NCBI GenBank assembly: GCA_028822385.1
Contig: JAPKDV010000003.1
Coordinates: 1 to 48,894, forward strand
DNA length: 48,894 nt
Reading direction: 5' to 3'
DNA from: Alphaproteobacteria bacterium
GTDB taxonomy: Bacteria > Pseudomonadota > Alphaproteobacteria > UBA6615
The position numbers and the translations under genes were made by a program. The notes under the pieces are model-generated. The model ran no database searches, had not been told where the DNA came from, and was given only the letters and a program-made list of their open reading frames with translations. This document shows, piece by piece, positions 30,505 through 39,246 of the stretch; the stretch's first letter is position 1; every line of letters begins with the position of its first letter.

Positions 30505-31188
30505 GTGATGACTGTAGAACGTGAAATTGCCGACAATCTTCAGACCGTGCGTGGGAACACGGCAACGGCGGCGGCGCGCGCCGGACGTGCGGCGGCGTCC
30601 GTCACGGTGGTGGCGGTTAGCAAATCCCAGCCCGATGAGCGGATTGCAGCAGCTCTGACGGCGGGGCAGCTGGTGTTCGGCGAAAATCGCGTTCAGGAGG
30701 CACAAACCCATTGGCTAGAACGTAGAGACGTCGTCCCGGGACTAGAGCTTCACCTCGTGGGGCCTTTGCAGACTAATAAGGTAAAAGATGCAGTGGCGCT
30801 GTTCGACGTGATCCAGACGGTCGACCGCCCCAAGCTTGCTGAACATTTGGCGCGTACATTTGATGCTCTTGGGGTGCCACGTCGCTGTTTCGTGCAGATT
30901 AACACAGGCGAAGAGGCCCAGAAAGCAGGTGTCGCGCCAGCTGAGGCGGATGACTTCATCGCCACATGCCGCAAGCTCGAACTGCCGATTGTAGGCTTGA
31001 TGTGTATTCCACCGGCTGACGCGCCTGTGGCGCCGCATTTTGCGCTTTTGCGCAGGATCGCCGAACGCAACGACATAGTGTCACTTAGCATGGGTATGTC
31101 TGCTGACTATGAAGCCGCGGCGGAATTGGGTGCAACCCATGTACGGGTTGGCCGTGGCGTGTTCGGGGAGCGTGCGCCGCGCGCCTAA
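30505..31188 (+). CDS. yggS: YggS family pyridoxal phosphate homeostasis protein
   Basis: VAVSK, FGENRVQE, HLVGPLQTNK, QINTGEE.QK.G, GLMCIPP, LSMGMS.D, GATHVRVG. Confidence 0.96.
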   Translation: MMTVEREIADNLQTVRGNTATAAARAGRAAASVTVVAVSKSQPDERIAAALTAGQLVFGENRVQEAQTHWLERRDVVPGLELHLVGPLQTNKVKDAVALFDVIQTVDRPKLAEHLARTFDALGVPRRCFVQINTGEEAQKAGVAPAEADDFIATCRKLELPIVGLMCIPPADAPVAPHFALLRRIAERNDIVSLSMGMSADYEAAAELGATHVRVGRGVFGERAPRA

Positions 31189-31697
31189 GTGGCCATAATC
31201 TCAAGACAGCTGTTTGCGTCCAGCACCGCGACCAATTTGTTGAGTGCATCGCCTTGAATCGCAACGCAGCCTTCCGTGGGTCTGAAGTCCGGGTTTGCAA
31301 TATGCAGGAAGATTGCACTTCCCTTATGGGGAATGACGGGATCGTCGTTGTGGCCGAGGATGACCACTAGGTCATAGACATGATCGTCGCGCCACAAGGC
31401 TTCAGCGGATGCCCGGTAGGGCAATTTTACGGGACGATTGTAATTGTCGTCTTTGGGCGCGTCGCACCATCCGTCATCGGGCGTTATGACGTTTATAGGT
31501 AGGGCTGTGTCGGGTCGGGCTATCCTATCAGCGCGATACCAAATTGCACGCAGCTGGAATCTGCCTGCGGGGGTGACCCCGTCGCCTTCGCGCTTCTGTA
31601 ACTGAATGCCGGCTGGGCCAAGCGCGCAGGGGAATATTTCAGCACCGGCAACAAGGGTGCCGCGGTGGCCGTTTGTAACTAGGACGCGGATATTCAT
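31185..31697 (-). CDS. L,D-transpeptidase (YkuD-like) family protein
   Basis: CALG..G...KREGDG.TP.G, DDGWCD.P, GSAIFLH......PTEGCVA (His/Cys catalytic pair). Confidence 0.88.
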   Translation of the reverse strand: MNIRVLVTNGHRGTLVAGAEIFPCALGPAGIQLQKREGDGVTPAGRFQLRAIWYRADRIARPDTALPINVITPDDGWCDAPKDDNYNRPVKLPYRASAEALWRDDHVYDLVVILGHNDDPVIPHKGSAIFLHIANPDFRPTEGCVAIQGDALNKLVAVLDANSCLEIMAT

Positions 31698-31927
31698 GGA
31701 TTTTATCTATAGGGCGCGTCAGATTGGTGTAAAAATCGGCGCAGGATACACTTTAACTGAGGGCGGTGCCCAAAAATTCTAAGACCATAAATCTGGATCC
31801 AAGTGTTGTTGAAGCGGTCATAGCTGCAGATATGAATGTAAGCATCGCGTCGCGCTATAAAAGCACTAAACCCTAAACCATCATTTGGTTACAATGAGAT
31901 ATATATGGTTAATAAACTGCCCGCGGC

Positions 31928-33052
31928 TTAGTACAAATGACCGGCACGGTCCTTCTTTGTCGCTAGATAGAATTCGTTGTGCACATTGGATGGGAAGGCG
32001 TGGGGAACTCTATCACTGACGGTGATATCTAGCTCAAGTAATGCTGCGACCTTATCCGGATTGTTGGTCATCAGACGCACATCTGAAATATCCAACTGGT
32101 GTAGCATTTCCGCCGCTGGACGGTAGATCCGCTCGTCTGCGTCAAACCCGAGCTGCTGATTGGCGTCGATGGTATCGAAACCCTCATCCTGAAGGGTATA
32201 GGCCCGAAGTTTGTTGACCAAGCCGATACCGCGGCCTTCTTGGGCAAGATACAGTACGATGCCGCCGCCTTGTTTGCCTATCTCCGCGATCGCGCCGCGC
32301 AGCTGGTCGCCGCAATCGCAGCGTAGACTACCCAGCAGATCCCCGGTGAAGCATTCTGAATGAAGGCGCACGAGCACGGGTTTCGAGTGATCCGGCTTGC
32401 CTATCACAAGAGCCAGATGTTCTCGCCCACCATCCGTCGGGCGGAAGGCGATAATTTCCACATCTTCACTAACCTCGAGTGGCACACGTGCTTGGCCCAC
32501 ACGTACCAGGGTGCGGGCCTCAATCTCCTGATAGTTGAGCACATGGTCGAGCTCAACGGTCAGGAGCGCCTGATTTTCCGCCCAGGCGGAGAGATATTCC
32601 AGCCGCTCTGCGGGGACGGGGGCAACCACTGCGGCGGGCAACAGGCAGGCCAGCTTGAGCAGTTCGATCGCGCCAGTTTCGGCCGTGCCGGGTAAGGTTG
32701 TCGGATTGATATCTGAGATAGAGACCGGTGCGGGCGGTGGTCCGGATTGGGGGCTGGCGGGGTCAGCCATCATACGCACAGTGTCCGCGGTAATACCGCC
32801 TGCCAGAGAAAGGCGCACCGCCCCTTCAGCCTGTTCGGTCAGGTTGAGCAGGGCTGCGCGGCGCGCGGTCAGCAACAGGGCTGGAGTTGATTTGGAGAGG
32901 CTCGAAATGCGCGCGAGATAGGCGGCCGTTGTACCTTCAGCTGCCTGAACGAGAAGGGCGTGGTCATCGGCAAGCAGTACGATAGTGGCACCGCGGCGTA
33001 GATCGCCGATGGCTCGTTCAACAGGTTGCAGGGTATTTGGCAGCTGGCTCAT
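31928..33052 (-). CDS. ribA: GTP cyclohydrolase II with an N-terminal degenerate RibB-like domain
   Basis: VRLHSECFTGD.LGSLRCDCG, QEGRGIGL.NKLRAY.LQD.G.DT..AN, LMTNNP.K, YL.TK....GH. Confidence 0.93.
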   Translation of the reverse strand: MSQLPNTLQPVERAIGDLRRGATIVLLADDHALLVQAAEGTTAAYLARISSLSKSTPALLLTARRAALLNLTEQAEGAVRLSLAGGITADTVRMMADPASPQSGPPPAPVSISDINPTTLPGTAETGAIELLKLACLLPAAVVAPVPAERLEYLSAWAENQALLTVELDHVLNYQEIEARTLVRVGQARVPLEVSEDVEIIAFRPTDGGREHLALVIGKPDHSKPVLVRLHSECFTGDLLGSLRCDCGDQLRGAIAEIGKQGGGIVLYLAQEGRGIGLVNKLRAYTLQDEGFDTIDANQQLGFDADERIYRPAAEMLHQLDISDVRLMTNNPDKVAALLELDITVSDRVPHAFPSNVHNEFYLATKKDRAGHLY

Positions 33053-33538
33053 GATCACTGGGCAACAGAGGAAACAGGCCTGAATATGCGCCAAGCCCAA
33101 GCGCGCGGCAATGGGGGTTAAACGACAAAGACACCGTTCGCGCTCTCCGGAACGTGATAGAATATGATAACCTTAAGACACCCGTACCCTCTTGTTTTAA
33201 AGTTCTATGATGCCACGTCTGTGAATGACCGGAGGGCACAATCATGACTCAGGCAATCTGGAACGTCGTCGTCCTCGCTGAAAGCGAGATCTATGAAAGC
33301 GCAGACGAAAATATCTACTTTCCGCTGTTTGAGTTTAACCGTGAGTATTTCGACGAAACCACGAAGACTAGGGGCTGTCCGTGGAAAGGCCCACACAATA
33401 TTTTGCGTTTTGCGTGAGCGGCGAGAAAAGAGCGGCGTGGCGTGGTACTATCTGGGCTCTGAATTGGCGGCAGAGAATATTCGCGACGATATCGTGTTTT
33501 GGGCCAGCGCTCAGGTGGGGGCATAGGCGACGCCGGGG

Positions 33539-34273
33539 ATGATGACAGGTCAAAAAGCAATGAGTTTGGTGGGAACAAAAGCATCGACGGGCAAGAAGAT
33601 CCTGCTGATCGATGCTGACGATGCACTGCGCGATTTGCTCTCTGAGCAGCTGCGGCTGAACGAAGAGTTTGTCACCACAGAATCGGCGAGCGCTACAGAT
33701 GCGCTGGATGTTACCAAGGGTGAATATTTTGATGCGATCCTGCTCGATGTAGGCTTGCCGGATATGGATGGGCGCGAAGTCTGCCGTCTGATGCGCCAAA
33801 ACGGGGTTAGGGCCCCGATCATTATGTTGACCGGACATGACACCGACACCGATGCCGATCAGATCCTAGGGCTCGATGCCGGAGCTAATGACTATATTGC
33901 TAAACCGTTTCGTTTAAATGTGCTGCTGGCGCGTTTGCGCGCTCAAATGCGGCAGCACGAACTTAGCGAAGACGCCGTCTTTATTATCGAGCCCTACACG
34001 TTCCGGCCGGCCCAGAAAATCATGGTCGGTGCAGATGAACGCAAGGTGCGCCTAACTGAAAAAGAAAGCGCCATCCTCAAATATATGTATCGCGCTGGCA
34101 GCAAGGTTGTCAGCCGCGATGCTCTTCTGGGCGAAGTCTGGGGCTACAATGCCGGGGTCACCACGCACACGCTGGAAACCCATGTCTATCGATTGCGTCA
34201 GAAGATCGAAGCCAATCCTTCGGATGCACAAATTCTGGTCACAGAGGCCGGCGGCTACAAACTGGTTAGGTAG
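33539..34273 (+). CDS. OmpR/PhoB-family response regulator, no adjacent kinase (start may be 33560)
   Basis: Receiver ILLDVGLPDMDG, PIIMLT, GANDY.AKPF; winged HTH LTEKE..IL, VWGYN..VTTHTLETHVYRLRQKIE. Confidence 0.93.
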   Translation: MMTGQKAMSLVGTKASTGKKILLIDADDALRDLLSEQLRLNEEFVTTESASATDALDVTKGEYFDAILLDVGLPDMDGREVCRLMRQNGVRAPIIMLTGHDTDTDADQILGLDAGANDYIAKPFRLNVLLARLRAQMRQHELSEDAVFIIEPYTFRPAQKIMVGADERKVRLTEKESAILKYMYRAGSKVVSRDALLGEVWGYNAGVTTHTLETHVYRLRQKIEANPSDAQILVTEAGGYKLVR

Positions 34274-34288
34274 AAGGCGGGATGGGTT

Positions 34289-35542
34289 TCAGGAAGGTTT
34301 GCTGTGCACAGCGCGCATCTGGCCCCCAAATAGTATTGTCCCGGCCATTGTGGCTATTGCCATTACAGCAAAGGTGTATGGAACGGAGTTCCAGTTACCA
34401 GTTATCTCAAACGCCGCCGCGGCGATGAGCGGACCTGCGAGTATACCTAGGTAGCGCCCGGTCAGGACTACCGCAAAAGCGTCGGTTCCTGCACGATGCG
34501 CGCCCAGGAGGGTTGATGGTAGTGCCCAAAGTGATGTTGGCGTAAGGCCTGCCGCAATGCCCCAAACTATTAAACTTGCGAGACCGATTGCAGGCTCGCC
34601 GGCAAATGGGATCATTAACCAACCGAGGGTCTGTAGGCCTAGCGCCATAGTCAGAAGTTTAATCACGCCGAGGCCGGTTTTTAGGAGTACACCACCGAGA
34701 AGTGCGAAGATCAGCAACACTACGACTGGGATCTGGTTCGTTAAAACTGCTCCGTCGGCCGTAAACCCGCGCACATCGACGAGATAAACTGTCAGCCATG
34801 TGAAATAGGCCGTGAACTGCGCCTGCCAGAGGAAGAACAGTATCGCAGCAAGCCACAATGCTCGGCTTTCCGGCTTTGTCATCGGTGAGGCAGTTGTTGG
34901 CCCCTTGTCTGGACTTGTATTTGCGGATTGTGAGCGGGGTACTGAAGCAAGGCCAGGAACTTTGCCCTTTGCGAGGATATAGCCAGTCCACAAAGCCATC
35001 AGGATGGTTACCAGTGCACCGAACACCCAGACTGGCTGCCAGGAACCAGCAGCAACAGATGGTTGGGCGACGATATTGGCCACCAACTGTCCGACGGGGA
35101 TCCAGGTCGCCTGAGCCGCAATGATGATAGGCAGATGTTTGGGGCCGGCGCTCATATTGGCGAAGGCGGGCATACAGACCGCTAGGACTGCCGCGCCAAA
35201 CCCTTCGATAGTGCGCGAAAACAGCATAATATAGCTACTTTCCGGCCAGCCCAGCCCTATGGCGGTACCAGCTAGCATTAGCGCAAAGGCTGCAAACAGA
35301 TATTGTTTTGCCCCGTTCTGCCGGATCCCGCGCCCGATACGGACACTAACGAGCATGCCGGCAACGGCGAAAATTGACATGAAACCGCCTGCCGAATAGG
35401 TCCCGTAGCCATAAAGTTCGAACATCACCGGAAGTACCGGCGGCACCTTGAATTGAAAATAGGCTGCGATGAATCCCAGTACGATGCCGTAGGAAACGCC
35501 TGTCCAGTTGGTGTCCGTAGTCTGTGTGGCGAGGTAAGGCAT
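34289..35542 (-). CDS. MFS transporter (CynX/NimT-like)
   Basis: About 12 hydrophobic segments in 417 aa; QFKVPPVLP and SRTIEGFG motifs. Confidence 0.85.
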   Translation of the reverse strand: MPYLATQTTDTNWTGVSYGIVLGFIAAYFQFKVPPVLPVMFELYGYGTYSAGGFMSIFAVAGMLVSVRIGRGIRQNGAKQYLFAAFALMLAGTAIGLGWPESSYIMLFSRTIEGFGAAVLAVCMPAFANMSAGPKHLPIIIAAQATWIPVGQLVANIVAQPSVAAGSWQPVWVFGALVTILMALWTGYILAKGKVPGLASVPRSQSANTSPDKGPTTASPMTKPESRALWLAAILFFLWQAQFTAYFTWLTVYLVDVRGFTADGAVLTNQIPVVVLLIFALLGGVLLKTGLGVIKLLTMALGLQTLGWLMIPFAGEPAIGLASLIVWGIAAGLTPTSLWALPSTLLGAHRAGTDAFAVVLTGRYLGILAGPLIAAAAFEITGNWNSVPYTFAVMAIATMAGTILFGGQMRAVHSKPS

Positions 35543-35778
35543 CGGGTTTATCTATGTTTCGGCAAGGCCTGAAGCATGTAGCGCCGTGTTTGACTATTCA
35601 AGTCTACTCGGGGCAGACTTTCTTATGGCGCGGAGCTATATCAGACCGTCACTTTCGGCGCGTTATTGGTTTATGTTAACCCGCTCCTCATGGAAAGATT
35701 ACTATCTTTCACCATCGCTCCATCGTGTGCCGGCGCGGCTTCCGCTATGTGCGTGTGGCAGAAATGCTCGAATATTTA

Positions 35779-35824
35779 TGTCTAATAAATGCGCATTAGT
35801 ATTTACATGCCTATTATTTATGCA
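35779..35824. promoter_or_regulatory. Tandem NtrC-like enhancer boxes
   Basis: TGTCTAATAAATGCGCA (35779-35795) and TGCCTATTATTTATGCA (35808-35824): two 17-bp TGY-N11-GCA boxes with AT-rich cores, 11/17 identical, about 75-120 bp upstream of a sigma54 promoter. Confidence 0.6.
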
Positions 35825-35897
35825 GATTGAATCTAAATTTTTGAGGCCCTCAATCATCTTCTATAGTTAGTTCAATGGATTATTAGGTTTTTTCTAA

Positions 35898-35913
35898 TGG
35901 CACGGGAATTGCA
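35898..35913 (+). promoter_or_regulatory. Sigma54 (RpoN) -24/-12 promoter
   Basis: TGGCACGGGAATTGCA = TGGCAC-N5-TTGCA, with exact GG-N10-GC spacing. Confidence 0.8.
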
Positions 35914-35978
35914 ATGCAGTTGGTTATAATTCGCACTCGAATAATCGGTTGCGGCACCTTGAATACGAAAAGGGGCTT

Positions 35979-36046
35979 ATGCGGAGATGGTCAAGACTGT
36001 GATCAAATTATTCGAACTTGGTGAGGTGCGCAATGAGTACAAATAA
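35979..36046 (+). pseudogene. Probable decayed 5' fragment of a PII (glnK/glnB) gene
   Basis: AAGGGG then ATG (35979), CGGAG, then ATG (35987) opening MVKTVIKLFELGEVRNEYK*. This aligns without gaps to the PII N-terminus (MK)xVxAIIKPFKLDEVR; most differences are single-base changes. Confidence 0.55.
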
Positions 36047-36866
36047 AAGCGTTTCTATTACCTTCTGGGGTGTCCGTGGTTCGATCGCGTGCCCGGGCCC
36101 AGAAACGAAAGAATTTGGAGGAAACACATCGTGTGTTGAAGTCCTGTGCGGTGATAACCGCGTAATTCTGGATGCTGGTACCGGCATTCGCCCCCTTGGG
36201 GCTTCGTTTGAAAGCGGTGCACCAGTCGATGTAGATATTCTTTTAAGCCACACACATCTGGACCACATAATTGGCTTGCCGCATTTCGAACCCGCCTATG
36301 ACGAGGGCTCCCATCTACGCTTCTGGGCCGGAAAATTTTTAGAAGAGAATACGGTCGAAGCGGTTCTGGGCATGATGATGAAGGCTCCTCTGTTCCCGGT
36401 TTCGTTAGGCTCAATGGCCGCTCGGAAAGACTTCAATGACTTTCGTGCTGGTGACACGTTTGAGTTGTCCTGTGGCGCGCAGGTGCGCACCTGCGCGCTG
36501 AACCATCGCGACGGCGCGACTGGCTACCGGATAGAGTATGGTGGCCGTACCATTTGCTACGTGACCGACACAGAACATGTGGAGGGGACCCACGACGAGA
36601 AGATCCTCTCTCTGATCGATGGTGCAGATGTGTTCATCTACGACACGACCTACACAGACGAAGAGTATCAGAGCTATCGTGGGCGAGGGCATTCGACATG
36701 GCAGGAGGGGGCAGCGCTTGCCGAGCGCGCAGGTGTGGGAACCTATGTGCCGTTCCATCATGGCCCGACCCATGATGATAAATTCATGACTAAGATCGAA
36801 CGTTACGCAAAGGACAGACTCGAAAACACCGTTATGGCACGTGAAGGCCTTACGCTTACCTTGTAG
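36033..36866 (+). CDS. MBL-fold metallo-hydrolase (RNase Z / phosphodiesterase-like subgroup)
   Basis: FWGVRGSI.CPG, GGNTSCVEV, LDAGTG, SHTHLDH (HxHxDH), Y.TDTEH, GHS, FHH.P.HDD; GAGGTG Shine-Dalgarno before ATG 36033. Confidence 0.9.
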   Translation: MSTNKSVSITFWGVRGSIACPGPETKEFGGNTSCVEVLCGDNRVILDAGTGIRPLGASFESGAPVDVDILLSHTHLDHIIGLPHFEPAYDEGSHLRFWAGKFLEENTVEAVLGMMMKAPLFPVSLGSMAARKDFNDFRAGDTFELSCGAQVRTCALNHRDGATGYRIEYGGRTICYVTDTEHVEGTHDEKILSLIDGADVFIYDTTYTDEEYQSYRGRGHSTWQEGAALAERAGVGTYVPFHHGPTHDDKFMTKIERYAKDRLENTVMAREGLTLTL

Positions 36867-37045
36867 GTTTTCTTTAAATACTCATTGGTCTCTGCACCTT
36901 AAGAGATGTGAACGCATCTCGACCGCTATTGCTAGGGCTTTGAGCTGAGCCAGGATCTTATTCGGTGACCGGATCTAGCCCCAGAAGGTGCCGTCCTCTG
37001 GTTTGTCTTTTGGTCTTCAACTCCGTTGAAAAAATGTAACTATAT

Positions 37046-38248
37046 CTACTTGTAGGGGTCTGCGGCGTCCCGCAATCCGTCACCAAGAAAGTTGAAGGCA
37101 AGGATCACAAGGATTACTGGGATCATCGGTGCCATGAGCCAAGGATAGAGCACCACCACCTGAATGTTTTGCGCCTCATTGAGCAAAACTCCCCAGCTGG
37201 TGACTGGGGGCCGCAAACCCAGCCCAAGGAAGCTCAACGCTGTTTCCCCGAGAATCATTTCAGGGATGGCCAGACTGGCAGATGCTATCAGATGGCTCGA
37301 AAAACTAGGGACCAGGTGCTTACCAATAATGCGCTTTGTACTGGCGCCCATTAAATTGGCCGCGACTGCAAAGTCTTCTTCACGCAGGGACAGCAGTTTA
37401 GATCGCACTGCGCGCGCCAGTGATGGCCAGTCGAGCATCGCTAAAATCAGTGTGATTCCGAAATAGATATTGACGGGTGACCATTTTGCGGGGAGTGCCG
37501 CGGATAATGCCATCCAGAGCGGCAATCGTGGGAAAGATTTAAGGACTTCGATCACGCGCTGGACAATGTTGTCGACTAGTCCGCCATAGAACCCGGCTAC
37601 GCCGCCAATCACTATCCCCAGCGAAAAGCTAAGCACAATTCCGATCAGCCCTATGGTCAAGGAAATGCGTGAGCCGTAAATGACGCGGGAGAACATGTCT
37701 CGGCCCAGCCGATCCGTCCCAAGAAGAAACACCGGCTTTCTGTTATTCTCGGGGCAGAACAGGTGAAAGTCACCTCTGAACAGGCCCCAAAATTCAAACT
37801 CTGACCCGCGATAGCCGCCTGAACATAAGAACCTAATACGGTTTACCTTGTTCATGTCGGGTGTGTAGATCTTCTGCAGGGTCTCGGGGTCACGCTTGGA
37901 GTTGAACCCGTAGACAAACGGGCCGACCAGCTTGCCGTCATGGAATAGATGGATACCCTGAGGTGGCGCAAAGGTGTGGCGCACGTCACGATGTTGCAGC
38001 TCATAAGGAGCCACGACTTCGGCGAACATGGCGACCAGGTACATCAACAACAGGAAAACGCCGGCCGCTACGGCGATCTTGTGCCGGCGCAGTTTCCACC
38101 ACATCAGCTGCCACTGGCCAGCCATATAATATTTTTCCTGCTCCGCAGTGAGGACAACTTCGGCGTCCGGGTTGAAAGGCTCCTTGGATACGAAGTGCGG
38201 AATTTCGTCCAGCGCTTCGGGGTCGCGAGGGTCTTTGGTTTCGGTCAT
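37046..38248 (-). CDS. ABC transporter permease (OppC/DppC type)
   Basis: LLGTDRLGRD.FSR..YG.RISL.IG, EAA-like LREEDF..AA..MGA, FNFLGDGLRDAADPY. Confidence 0.95.
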   Translation of the reverse strand: MTETKDPRDPEALDEIPHFVSKEPFNPDAEVVLTAEQEKYYMAGQWQLMWWKLRRHKIAVAAGVFLLLMYLVAMFAEVVAPYELQHRDVRHTFAPPQGIHLFHDGKLVGPFVYGFNSKRDPETLQKIYTPDMNKVNRIRFLCSGGYRGSEFEFWGLFRGDFHLFCPENNRKPVFLLGTDRLGRDMFSRVIYGSRISLTIGLIGIVLSFSLGIVIGGVAGFYGGLVDNIVQRVIEVLKSFPRLPLWMALSAALPAKWSPVNIYFGITLILAMLDWPSLARAVRSKLLSLREEDFAVAANLMGASTKRIIGKHLVPSFSSHLIASASLAIPEMILGETALSFLGLGLRPPVTSWGVLLNEAQNIQVVVLYPWLMAPMIPVILVILAFNFLGDGLRDAADPYK

Positions 38249-39243
38249 CGTGTGTTCCCGCCACTAAGACGAATACGTGGGTCAAGGGCGGCGAGCGCAA
38301 GATCGGAAAGCAGGGTGCCTATCACCACAAGCGTGGCGAGGAACATCAGGAAAGATCCGGCCAAGAACATGTCCTGGGCGCGCAGGGCGTCGAGCAGCAT
38401 GCGGCCTGTAATATCTAGATTAAGGACAACCGCAACCACCGCCGAGCCGGAAATAACTTCGGGCAGGATTGAGCCGATATCTGCGATGAACGGATTAAGC
38501 GCCACCCGTAACGGGTATTTCCAGAGCAGCTTGCGCGGGTGCAGGCCTTTGGCCCGACCTGTGACGACATATTGCTTTTGTAGTTCGTCGAGCAGATTGG
38601 CGCGCAGACGACGGATCATGCCTGCCGTGCCCGAGGTGCCGATGACGATCACCGGAATCCACAGATGTTCGAGAACCGAAAGCATCTTGCCCCAGGACCA
38701 TGGTTGATTGCGGTACTCGTCATCCATGATCCCGCCGATTGATGTGTCGAACCACTGGTTGGCGAAATACATCAGTACGAGCGCGAGCAGGAAGTTTGGC
38801 GTGGCCAATCCCAGATAGCCGATCAGGGTCGCGGCGTGATCCGAGACGCTGTACTGGCGGGTGGCGACATAGGTGCCGATCGCGAAGCTCACCACCCAAA
38901 TGAACAGGATGGTGGAGAAGGTGACGACAAAGGTCAGCAGGATGCGCTGGCCAATCAGTTCCGAGACAGGGCGGTTGTGCTCAAACGACCATCCGAAATC
39001 ACCTTGCAGAAGCCCGAACAGCCAAGAGAAATATTGCTGCACCGCCGAGTCATCTAGGCCGTAGGCCTGCCGCAGGGCGGCGATCTGGTTCTGGTCGACG
39101 GCCTCACCGCGGGACTGCATTTCCGCTATCAGCGTCTCTAGATAGTCGCCGGGGGGCAACTGGATGATCAGGAAGACGATCGCGCTGACGGCGAGCAGTG
39201 TTGGAATCATCACCAGCAGGCGAAGGGCGATATAGCGAAGCAT
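38245..39243 (-). CDS. ABC transporter permease (OppB/DppB type)
   Basis: MLRYI..RL..MIPTL, IQLPPGD, GDFG.SF, ELQKQYV.T.RAKG, DL....LDPRIR. Confidence 0.95.
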   Translation of the reverse strand: MLRYIALRLLVMIPTLLAVSAIVFLIIQLPPGDYLETLIAEMQSRGEAVDQNQIAALRQAYGLDDSAVQQYFSWLFGLLQGDFGWSFEHNRPVSELIGQRILLTFVVTFSTILFIWVVSFAIGTYVATRQYSVSDHAATLIGYLGLATPNFLLALVLMYFANQWFDTSIGGIMDDEYRNQPWSWGKMLSVLEHLWIPVIVIGTSGTAGMIRRLRANLLDELQKQYVVTGRAKGLHPRKLLWKYPLRVALNPFIADIGSILPEVISGSAVVAVVLNLDITGRMLLDALRAQDMFLAGSFLMFLATLVVIGTLLSDLALAALDPRIRLSGGNTR

Positions 39244-39246
39244 AAT

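Noticed and set aside
31698-31927. AT-rich gap with AACCA-N5-TGGTT and TAAACC repeats, as a possible CtrA site or sRNA
   Set aside because: No TTAA-N7-TTAA match and no terminator; the short motifs are expected by chance in AT-rich DNA.
33293-33526. 77-aa ORF between ribA and the response regulator
   Set aside because: No Shine-Dalgarno or recognisable domain. A gene remnant or sRNA cannot be excluded, but nothing supports one.
35586-35870. 94-aa ORF in the MFS/MBL intergenic region
   Set aside because: GTG start with no Shine-Dalgarno and no motif; it runs through the NtrC-like boxes, so the region is better explained as regulatory DNA.
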